From contig ADNK01001386.1 of the NCBI GenBank assembly GCA_000320545.1, positions 225,969-289,968 of the forward strand: a DNA stretch of 64,000 nt. The letters are read 5' to 3'. This document shows, piece by piece, positions 14,925-25,434 of the stretch. Origin of the DNA: Bigelowiella natans CCMP2755. Taxonomy: Eukaryota; Protista; Cercozoa. Position 1 is the first letter of the stretch. The number at the start of each line of letters is the position of its first letter. Both the position numbers and the translations under genes were made by a program. Below the pieces are notes generated by a model that saw nothing but the letters and a program-made list of their open reading frames with translations, made no database searches and was not told where the DNA came from.

Positions 14925-15128
14925 ACAGTAATAGTAGTAGGCATCATCGTCATTGACATTATCATCCATATCCTTTTTCTTCTTCTCCTCCTCGTTGATC
15001 CCCTCTTAATATTAATCAGATACGGTCCATTCGAACGCCTAATCCCCAACCTTGAGAGCGTATGTACCACCAATGGACGGATCCATGTATGGCTCACGAA
15101 GGTGCCCTTCTTCATGATGATTATGATA

Positions 15129-15163
<35 letters not shown>

Positions 15164-15405
15164 ACCCTAGCGACCGACTGTTTATTAGATGTCGTATATC
15201 ATCATGTTGCTGGTTTGGCTCAGTATGTGATTATGGAGGTGGTGTTGATGCTGATGCTGATGCTGATGCTGATACTGATACTGGTGCTGGTACGATGGCT
15301 AGGAAAGATCTCGAAAGGGGGCGGAGCAAGCGCTGCTCCAAGGCGCATTTACCTGGATGCTACGACTCGGTACAGTAGTGGTGGTGGTAGTGGTAGGGGT
15401 GTGAC

Positions 15406-15440
<35 letters not shown>

Positions 15441-15486
15441 GGTTATGTAGTAGTTATCTTGGCCAGGAGAAATTTTAGTAAGTAAT

Positions 15487-15519
<33 letters not shown>

Positions 15520-15957
15520 CCCCCACCCCTCATCTCCACCACCACTGCATCATCATCCATCCATCCATACTCATACAACATAGGGAAGGCCCGCCTAGGC
15601 ATGGCTTTCGTTCTTGTCTATAAAAACGCTAATCATGGAATCGATCATGTCAGTAGTAGCAGTAGTAGTAGTAGTAGGAGCAGAGTATCTATCAACAACA
15701 TGCAGCACATTCACCACCCAACTTTCCACCATCATCTTCCGTCTCACGTTCTCATACTACTACTACTACTACTACTACTACTATATTGTTACAATCCCAA
15801 TCTCTTATCGCTATAGCAGCTCTAATCATTATAATATGACATTGAAATAATAATAATAATAGTAATAACTATCATCATCACTATGGAGTATACCGTCATA
15901 TTGGTTATCTATCATCATCATCGTCATCATCGTCATGATGCTATTCTGTCTTCTTAC

Positions 15958-15993
<36 letters not shown>

Positions 15994-16516
15994 CATCACC
16001 ATCATCAGACACCGATCTTACGGGAGGCGAAGGGCAGCAGAGAGTACTACGTGCAAGGAGAAAGAAATCGGACGTAGGAATATAGAAGGATCTACTATAT
16101 ATAACCACCAAAAGATGAACAACACCTTATCTCAAATAGCCAAAAATATAGACTGAACATATCCATTCTTGCATGAGTATATTGACAAATAGTAACATAA
16201 TCTTCATTCGCAACGTCGCCCTCCTTCCTTCACTCTCTTCCACTGCCTTCTCCTCCTCCTCCTCCCCCCTCTCAAGATTCCCAACGGTGCGTGCACTAGC
16301 AGCGGATGTTTGCCAGAGAATGGGGTGGTATAGCACAGGGTACGTTCTCAAGGAAGCGATGGATGGATGGATTAAATATGGAAGTGAGATCTCTCTTCAT
16401 CAAGACCGTAGCAACAAAGGCAAATTGGAACTGATCTTAGGCTTCTTTCCCGATGTTAAGAAAGACCCCACGTGTCCTCTCATTCCAGGGTGGGTGGCCT
16501 GATTCATGCTGCTGCC

Positions 16517-16549
<33 letters not shown>

Positions 16550-17612
16550 CAGTGGTGGTAGTGTGTATTTGTGCACACCTGCAACGTTAAATCAGCGTAG
16601 TCGTCGTGGTCTTGGTCGTGGTCGTGGTCGTCGTCATCTTCTATGAGGATGAGCATAAGGAGGAAGAAGAAGCAGAAGAAGAAGAAGAAGAAGAAGAAGA
16701 AGAAGAAGAGGGAATAGAGAGCTTGCTAAATAACCTAATCCTTCTTCTCCCCTCCTCCTCCTCCTCCTCCTCCTTTTTCTCGTTCTCTAGGCAGCAAAAC
16801 AGCGCTGATTCTTCTTCTTCCTACGAAGCGAAGAGTAGTAGTAGTAATGGTAGCAGCAAAGAGAATATAGAGGGAGAGATCTTGGGGTGGCTCGACGGAA
16901 ACGGCTCAATACAGTCTGTTACCAAGCATCTAGTCAAAACGCTTGATATGGTAGTAGTAGTAGTAATAACAATTATTATTATAATAATAGTATTCTTCGT
17001 CTCCTCCACCTCTTCCTCCTCCCTCTGCTCCTCCTACTCTTCCTCTCAATTTCTACTAAATATGGCCAAGAACAAAGTCCTCCTTATATTCTCATAATTA
17101 GAAATGTACTCTTTGGAAGACATTATTGATTGATTGATTGATTGATTGATGGTGACAACAACAACAACACAGGGCAGCACCCAAAAAGAGAAGAAGGCGA
17201 ACACACTGCTTGGAACAACTCTTACACAAATCCATTTACACGTAAGAATAATTGTAAAAAATAATTTGAATAATAATGATAAAGATAAAAACATGCCTTA
17301 TTTATTATGACTTCCATCCTTTTTATTCCTACAATCAACAGCTCAAGTGTATGAGGGATTTTGTGCTTTCTTCTTCTTGGGAGTAGGAGCATTCTTTGCT
17401 GACTTAATTAAATTAACTTGAAAAGATGTTGAAGCAAGCACAGGATTTACAGGATTTACGATCAAAGGTGCTGGATACGCTATCATATTTTGTCTGTTTG
17501 TTGATGTTTTGCATCTCAAAACCAATTCTATTTTCTATTTCTTTTCTTTTATGGGGGCGGGATCGATCTTATCTCGTAAGTTGTTTGAAGGGCGAACAAA
17601 TAGCCATCATCG

Positions 17613-17643
<31 letters not shown>

Positions 17644-18094
17644 TATCTCTATCATCTATCAGGTGAAAGAACTCCGCGAAAAGGTGGATGTGTACGAAGG
17701 AAAGCCGAGCGCAATAGCAAAATGCACGGTAGGATAAATTCACATGGACATGCGTGTTACTAGGATGATATCACCAGTAGCGCTCTTAGATGTAACGTCT
17801 GAAATATAACAACGACGTTATAGACAAATTTTCTTGTAACTATCTACACATCAATACTATTGCTGTTGCCAATATTATTAGCTCTCAGACCTGTATTTTG
17901 CCTATGTTTTCATGAAAACCACGCGCAACAGTTGAAAGATCTGTTAAAGATGGAGAAGATGTTTGATAGTTCTTCGCAAAAGCTCAGAAAGGCTATTGAA
18001 GGCTTATACGCTAAGACTCTGACGTTTCCCAATGAGTTTCTATGTCCCCTTACGCATGAAGTCCTCAGGGTAGTATGTAGAAGAATGTGTGCGC

Positions 18095-18152
<58 letters not shown>

Positions 18153-18570
18153 TACGTACGCCGTGATATGCTATGGATACTTGGTGCTGTGCGCTTTATT
18201 AGGATCCAGTCATCACCAAGGACGGCCACACATATGAAAGAGCGGCAATCGAACTGTGGCTACAAAGACATGATACGTCTCCGCTTACGAATATGGTTGT
18301 TCTTCGAACTAAAGAGAAGCATAATTTGTTCATTGATGACGTACGTACGTACGTACGTACGTACTAGGGGTGGCAGTGGACTTTGTATATTGATGTGTTT
18401 TTTTTCTTCACCATTATACTACTATTGTGTTTCAGCGGCTGGATGATAAAGTACTAACTCCAAACATCTCGCTGAGGAACTCGATTCTAGCCTTCACGGA
18501 GAAACATAAGGCGATGAACTCAAACATTGGGCTAGATGACGATGTTTTAGATGATGTCAAGTCACAATAA
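12469..18570 (+). CDS. Large multi-exon protein with C-terminal U-box (putative E3 ubiquitin ligase); start uncertain
   Basis: The last three exons splice to FPNEFLCPLTHEVLR|DPVITKDGHTYERAAIELWLQRHDTSPLTNM|RLDDKVLTPNISLRNSI...DDVKSQ*, a canonical U-box (TAA ends at 18570). It is preceded by coiled-coil-like exons (MLKQAQDLQDLRSKVL, QVKELREKVDVYE) and many GT-AG-bounded plus-strand exons back to about 12470. Confidence 0.75.
13751..13839. repeat. Compound alternating purine-pyrimidine microsatellite (TA)n-(GC)n-(GT)n in an intron
   Basis: Read directly: TA run 13751-13788, GC run 13793-13810, GT run 13811-13839. Confidence 0.95.
17125..17150. repeat. (ATTG)n tetranucleotide repeat
   Basis: Read directly; the same motif recurs near 63155-63175. 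Confidence 0.9.
18339..18364. repeat. (ACGT)n self-complementary tetranucleotide repeat
   Basis: ACGTACGT... run in the last intron of the U-box gene. Confidence 0.9.
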
Positions 18571-19416
18571 GTAGTGTATTGTAAGCTATTTGATCTAATG
18601 TACAATGTGAATTAGCAAGGTGAAACAAGTGAAAGAGACTTGGAGTAGAACCAGAATTACATAGTTTGTACAGCATGTGTTCGTGTATGTGTATGTGTAT
18701 ATGCATGTGTGTTCTAGCTAGTGCACTGCATCCTTCTTGCAGCGATGTATGTTGCAGTGCATGCATCTACATTAGGACGCTTGTGCATCTGATCGCAGTA
18801 TGTCCGATTAATATTAATTCAATGAGCTTGATGCAATGATCCAGCAAGACGCTCAAGTGGCACGTGCACATCTATATACATGACTAGCTCAATGCAAGCG
18901 AGCAGTTCCGATCTAGCACTAGAGCGCGGGCATCTTTGACAGCACGCACACCCCACAACGTCCTCTTTTGTGCTTAGCGAAGCTTTCAATTTGTCGCAAA
19001 TTAATGCTATATTCTGTTGAAAGCTAAACTGAAACCCTATTAGCCCATCGAGTTAGCTAGTTAGTCAGTGTTGTAGACTGCTGCAACATGCCTGGATGTT
19101 GTTTCAACCGGGCAAACACATCAACTAATGACGTACGTGGTGGGCACAATAGATCGATTGCGATGCACTTACGTATGTTGCATTTTCCCCCCGATTTGAT
19201 GCATACAGCAGCGATTATGGTTTCACAAGGCGCGCACTGTGAGCGCAACTTATCACAGCTTGCTAAATGACTCACTTAGAGTCATAAAGGCTATAAGCTC
19301 ACCCAGCCACTACCATATCGCGCTAGAGAAGGATAGCAGTGGCAGCTGCCGCTACATTGAATAATACTGTATAAAGCGATGATGAAGCCGAGGGCGAAGT
19401 TGAAGAATCTAAGCTG

Positions 19417-20391
19417 TCAACCATGTTGATCCTCGTCATTATTTGACAAAATCTCTGTATCTGTGTTTGACGAGGGGCTAGGAGGTCCTGAATTCACATT
19501 TTCTAACTCGATCTGAGCTCTTACGTGTTGTTCATCCGTCGCGGAAGAAGTTGAGTCACTTTGCCATAGAAAAGCTAGCACACATGATATTCCAGTGGTC
19601 GCCATCCACATCTGTGCCTCTCCTTCAAAATTTATATTTGCTGTGTAAGTTCCTAAAAGAATGCTTAGCAGAAGTCCTCCATATATTGCAAATGATCCTA
19701 ACGTAATTGTATATTTATGAGGAAGGTTTTGAACCCTGCTGCTCCTCTGGTGGTGCCTTGGCAAGAACTCAACTGCTGCTCTTAACAAATCCATCTGAGC
19801 AATTCCAGTCATAAAACTCGGGACGTCAATGATGACTGTTTTAGCCACCATTGCAATTTGATCTAGCCAATGTGCTTTTTCGTCGAACACCACCGCTAGT
19901 AAAAAGACGAATTCGGTTGATAGGTAAACTGCGAACGATTGCTTTGGCTCTTCGAAGTAGCAAAATGTCCACACTGGATTCAAACTTGCAATGGCATGTG
20001 CGAGATGTGCTGCAGAAAATGCATGTCCAACCTAGAATCGGTGTATTTAATTTAGGGGATGTTTTTAGGACACAGGTAAGACACCCTCTCCCAAGATTTG
20101 AGTATAAAGACGAGCTTCTGTGGAGGTGCCCTCAAGAGTGCAGAAAGGTTTCGTAGGAACGTGATTGGGATGCACAAGAACAGCAAGCACCTAAAACAAG
20201 ACCTCATTGGAGCTCAAATTTGATTCACCTTATTGGAAGAAAGCATACCTTAGGACATAGCGTTCCTTGGGTGTGTGGCTGCTGCCGGATCGGAACTGCG
20301 TCTTGATAAGGATGGCATTGAAGAGAAGGAGAATGAGGCGAATCACAGAGGAGATGAATACACTAACGTTCCCAACAAAGAAGGATGCCAT
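19417..20391 (-). CDS. Orphan multi-pass membrane protein, about 285 aa, 3 exons
   Basis: Exons 20391-20249, 20190-20085 and 20031-19417 join in frame across GT-AG introns of 58 and 53 nt. The product has several hydrophobic stretches (e.g. SVFISSVIRLILLLFNAIL; CLLFLCIPITFL; ITLGSFAIYGGLLLSILLG; MWMATTGISCVLAFLW) and an acidic/Ser-rich tail. The start could lie further upstream. Confidence 0.6.
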
Positions 20392-20630
20392 TTGACGCCT
20401 ACACCGCAAAGTTCTGGCCTGTGTTGCCGGTGAGCTCGAACGAGGGTCCGGCTCATCTTCGGCTCTTCCATGTTCTTCCTTTTATTTTCCGCCGCATTCT
20501 CGGAGCCCGCTGTTTTCGGCCATTTCCCACCTGCGACTACGCTATAATTGCTGAAAACCTATACGAAACTTGCGGAGGAGACTTGGTGTTCGCACTCCTA
20601 ACAACTTAGTCTTGCACAGTTGGTTGATCT

Positions 20631-21064
20631 ATGAGCACGCCCAGCAGCCGAGGAACGATGGTGAGAGAACTCCCGGTTTTGAACTGATGTTCGCCGGGCA
20701 TTTTCTGAACCTTTTTGCAACGAAATGCGAGCCGGTCCGCGGTTTTTTTTCCCAGAGCATTTCCTGTTTCAACGCCTGGAATACCGGCATTTCCTAAGGA
20801 GCATTTTAGGCGAGATTGTCGGAAAATAATACGGAATAAAACGACTGAAACTGCACCTTTTTTCATCTGACATAGCTGAAGAAACTTCCAGGAGGAAACG
20901 TTCCATCCCCCCTGGATCGATTAACTCCACGCGTGCAAAACAGAGACGGCACCATGTCGTTCGACCATGTCAAAGGCAACTTGTCGAGGTACATACGTGG
21001 CGTTGAGGACTCCCTCCTTAAGGCAATGAAGAAAAATAAGATGGATCCGGAGGATGTTCAATGA
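20631..21064 (+). CDS. Small hypothetical protein (tentative 3-exon model)
   Basis: Terminal exon 20876-21064 after the acceptor CTGACATAG reads LKKLPGGNVPSPLDRLTPRVQNRDGTMSFDHVKGNLSRYIRGVEDSLLKAMKKNKMDPEDVQ*. Upstream candidate exon HFLFQRLEYRHFLRSILGEI and donor GTGAGA at 20661. The 5' structure is unresolved. Confidence 0.4.
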
Positions 21065-21791
21065 TGTGTGTGTGTGTGTGTGTAAGTGCAAGTGTTCGTT
21101 TGTTAAGAGAGAGTTGCATGAAACGGGGTTTGATTTGTGTTTGAACCTGTGCATCCAAGCATTTAAGTAATGAAGAGAATTTGCATGCGTGAGCGTTAGC
21201 TAACTCCGTGTGCGATCAATGTGCATGTGCAAAGGTTCGACAAAAAGACAAAGAAAGATGAAAGCAGACAGCTCTACGTATAGCTCAAATGGATTGAATC
21301 AGTTAAAATCAAGTCAGATGGGAAAATTAAGCCGGGGAAATAAGCAAGAATGTAAGGGTGTTCTTTGCGAAACACGCTAAATCATGCTTCAGACTTTGTT
21401 CACGCTGCGTGCAAGGACAAAGGACCTAGATCCGCCCCGTGTCGTGTGATGAGCGACGCACGCTGAAAAAGCTTTCAATTTGAATCAGTGCAGCGCCATG
21501 TGCTAGTGTAGTGCAGAGTTGCATGCTTGCGCGTTTCCGTGCAGTGCAACATGCACGCAACACTAGAATAGCACTGTCCATCTTGCTGACGCTAGGGGAG
21601 CTCTTCTGAGCGGCCGACGTTGCATGCAACCATTTTTCCTTCTTGTAAAAATGGTCAGATGGGCGTGCACTCATGCAGTCAGCATTAGCGTCGTGGCACA
21701 CATTGCGGTCTTTGACTTAACTTTACATGTGTGTATTTTTATACATCTATGTCTCCCTCGCCTTTTAGAGTACGTATGAATTGTACCAATG

Positions 21792-24311
21792 TTACTGCCC
21801 TCTCTTTTTGCGAGATTTGAACGCATGCACATTTGTATCCGCCATCTCGCGCTCCATCTCTGATCGTATTCGTTTCCGCTTTCTCGCAGCTTCGTTCGCC
21901 TGCTGAGCTGCAACCCGCTGCCTCTCGCGTGCGATGAACACGCTGTCCCTCTGGAGCGCCCGCATTGCATGTTTCTTTTCCCTCTTGATTTTCTTCTGCA
22001 GTTTCTTCCGTTCAACTCGCTCCCGGTCGTTGTCCTTGTCCTTCCCTGGCTGAAAGTTGTCGGTGATCTCCGGGTTAAACTGTTGAATCTGCTTAGGCTT
22101 GATAACTTTCAAAATGAGAGGAAGTCGGGTCTCTAGGCATCGCTTCACCCCGGCCTGTATCTTATTCACCAATTTCATCACGAGATCTTGATCATCTTGG
22201 TTAATCGATATCTTAGATAGAATGGGGATGAGTGCCTGAAATAGTTCTGGAAAAGTCTCAAGATCACGATAGATGTCAACGACACTTGACAATGTCCGTA
22301 GTGTCACTCTGAGGGCCGCCAACGACGTTTCTTCTCGAGTGAATTCCTGATGATTATTCTGTAGGAATAATCGGTGCAGCCCAGAAAGAGTAGTGGAAGC
22401 TCCTTTCTTCTTCTTTTTCTCTCCGTTTGATGTCTTCTTCCTTATCTCCTTCCTATTCTTCTTGTTCTTATCGTTCTTCTTTTTCTTCTTGTTATCATCA
22501 CTCAAGCCTTGCCACATGCCACGAACGGAAGATTTCTCCTCAAAGACGCAAGGGAGTGTGGTACTGTTATCCTGACCAACGCCAACAAGAATGAGTTCCG
22601 TGATAAAGCCCGTGAGCTCTGGAATGTATCTCTTCGACTCTTGGATTGAAAATAGTAGAATGCGGCAAAGGAAGTTGGCAGCGAATACGTCTCTCCCCCC
22701 CCTGATCGGACAGGTGGTGAGGAAATGGGCTATGAGGTGGATCATGGGTACAGTGACGTTATGCTTAAAGTCTGAAGTAGGGAAAAGCGTAGCTGCGAGC
22801 TGCATCATGAAGAGCTGCTCGGATGTTGGAAATCCTGCTGCTGCTGATGATGATGACAGCGATAGCATCATCCCAGAGAAGTTTTCACGGAAAATGGTTG
22901 CGGATAACTTAGGGAGCTGGGCGCTGAGCTCATGAAGTGCCTGTGGAAATACCTCTATATAGGATAGCCTTTTATCTATCAGCTTGGATACCATCAGCAT
23001 CGAGGATGATGATGATGATGAAGAAGAAGAAGAAGAAGAAGAAGAGGGGATGGATGATGATGATGGTGATGAGGAGGAGGAAGAGGAGGAAGAGGCGGAG
23101 GAGGGGAGTTTGCATAATTCAGAGAAGTGTTTCATCAGTATTTTCACGAAGAGTTGCAGTTTGGGCTTGTTTTCCTTGGAGATAGTGACGCTATTGTACA
23201 CACGGATCCGATGCACGATCTTTAGGAACTCTTCGGCAGATGTGCAGTGCTCTGAAAGTACTTTTTTGAAATCCTTATAGTTGCTTGGAGCATTGAATAT
23301 GTATGGCAGCTCTTTTCGTGCTATACGGGCCGACTCAATTGCTTCGCTGGAATGCCGATAAGCCCCTTCCTCGTCATCATCATCACTATCTCCACCTTTC
23401 CTATTTTTCTTGTTCTTCTTCTGGGATCGCAAGGCTTTTGACTTAACTTTTGACTTGGGGGCGGCTCCTACATCGAGGACACCAGCCGTCCCCTCCATAT
23501 CATTTTCATCCTCTACAACGTAATTAACAACGAGATCGTCATCGGTGGGCTTCGAACCTGTTTCTTCACCTCCTCCTCCTCCATTGTAGTTTTCTGGATT
23601 CATTCTTCGGAGACGGTCAGCTTCAAGTTTCTCCAGCCTTTCCTTCTGTTCCTGAGCAAGCTCCTCAGGAGTCTTTAACCTCTCCGTTGCCCTTGCACGC
23701 ATATCCATGGCCAGGCGCCGCGTCATAGCACGAAATTCGTCCACTTGAGGGTTTTCGGGCTCTGGTTCCGGTGTTCTAAACATTGGCAGTGTCAGACGAT
23801 GAGATGACAAACAAAGGATAACAATGAGCAACGGAGAATGGAATGGAGGAGTGCATAAATACATCATCACCGTTAAATCAGCAACAAAGGAAGCATCACA
23901 CAAGTGAGGATGTTTGATTAGAACTATTAAAAGATGATACTGGAAGATCAATAACGATACTAGCAATTACTTATTACGGATCATTGTGAGCTGATAAACT
24001 ACTTATTTACTCCTAACACTTATATATTTATATATACCTCCCCATTATCTTGTCCATCTTGGATTTTGTCTGTTTGAAGTCACCCAGCTTTCTAATTTCG
24101 GCCAGGTCATCATCTAGACTTGCGAGGAGTGACGCCTGCTCTTCTTGCAATTCTTTCCTTCGCATTTTCTCCGCATTTCGTTTGGCGATGATCTCAGCTA
24201 GAATCTCTTTCTTGGTTCTCTGTCCATTCCCGCTGCCGAGGTTGGTATATTCGTCGATAAGTTTCATATCCAGCTGCTCATCGTCATCGTCTTCCTCATC
24301 TGCATGGAAGA

Positions 24312-24353
<42 letters not shown>

Positions 24354-25034
24354 GTAAATATATATAGTATGTGTATATGAATCTATGTAACGATATCAAG
24401 AATAATGTTTATATTTTGTGTGTAAATAAGTGTGTTGCACTTCACCTTCTGCAACTGACACATCTTGTGCCTTAGAAAGTGACATTCCCATATGTGTTAG
24501 TTCTTCATTGTCTTGAAGGCTGAATCTTGATCCTTTTGACTTTGATCGTCTACCATTTCATTATTATTATCATTAATAATATAATTATTATCGTTGTTGT
24601 TGGTGGTGTTAGTTCCTATTGTTTTTTTTTTCTCGCATGGAAAGACATGAATTATGCTCGAAGAAAGCCCGACTGCCAAATTATTGAAAATCCAATGTAT
24701 ATTATTACACATCTTTCGTAGCTTACTTTTGTCTCTCTCTTTGAAATCTGAGGAAGTCCTTCTCCTCCTGCGAGATTTCTTCTCTCTCGCCGAATCTTTT
24801 ATCCACAAACTTGTTCTGCTTTGACTGGTTTTGAAGTTCGAGCAACAGGGTCTTCTTCCGCTTCAGATTAGCCTGAAGTCGAGCATTAGGATTACGATTG
24901 GCACCCCGGACCCTCTTATTGAGCACATTATGCTTGAGCCTGACGGAGCCCAGAGACTCGAAAGGGTTTGAGCGCTTCTTGCCAGCGAACCCTTGTGCGG
25001 CTTTCGCTGGTCTCCTTCCTTTCTTCTTTCCCAT
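21792..25034 (-). CDS. NOP14: Nucleolar protein 14 (SSU processome / 40S biogenesis), 4 exons
   Basis: ATG 25034 (MGKKKGRR...NPFE...NKFVDKRFGE). Exon 2 RSKSKGSRFSLQDNEELTHMGMSL; exon 3 RTKKEILAEIIAK; long exon 4 with RATERLKTPEELAQEQKERLEKLEADRLRRM, LFPTSDFKHNVT, RYIPELTGF, IQQFNPEITDNF and ALQRDSVFIA. All three splice phases are consistent. Confidence 0.93.
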
Positions 25035-25434
25035 TGTACAGACGGTTGTATTGTACAAATACAATGCAAAATTCCTCTACTATTCTCTGAGGTCCCTTTC
25101 CTTTCTCGACCAGCGTGTTATCGCTCACGGGTCGTCGCCATTCGGCCAGATGTGGTGGTGTTGTCGCAGGCAGCAGCAGTGGGCTTCTTCCTGCATCGGA
25201 GATTTTTTATGAATGATCGTTAATATCTCCGATAAATCCCTGCTACTGACGGAGAAAATTCCGGCAATAAGGGTGAAATACAGGACTTTGACTTCTGAAT
25301 TATGAATTTGGCATGTTCGAAGGACTGTCGCACGTGTACAGCTGTATGAACTTATTATTGGCATATTTACTGCTTGTCGTCCTCTCCGAATGGAGCCCTT
25401 TCATCTACTTACCACGTGTGTGTCCACAGAATTC
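25035..25434. promoter_or_regulatory. Putative bidirectional promoter between NOP14 (-) and the SHOCT/WW gene (+)
   Basis: 400-nt microsatellite-free spacer between two divergent ATGs (25034 and 25435). It contains a 9-bp inverted repeat ATCGGAGAT/ATCTCCGAT near 25195-25234. Confidence 0.5.

Noticed and set aside
19851-20156. Plus-strand 101-aa ORF
   Set aside because: Antisense to the spliced membrane-protein gene, which explains the region.
18980-21482. 14-bp direct repeat AAGCTTTCAATTTG at 18980-18993 and 21469-21482 flanking the two-gene island
   Set aside because: The match does not extend. About 8 such 14-mer pairs are expected by chance in 64 kb ((64000^2/2)/4^14), and there are no LTR or target-site hallmarks.
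23792-23870. Box C (GTGATGA) and box D (CTGA) pair in the last NOP14 intron, suggesting a C/D snoRNA
   Set aside because: No convincing terminal stem, no C'/D' boxes and no rRNA complementarity that I recognise; TGATGA is very common here. snoScan plus small-RNA data would settle it.
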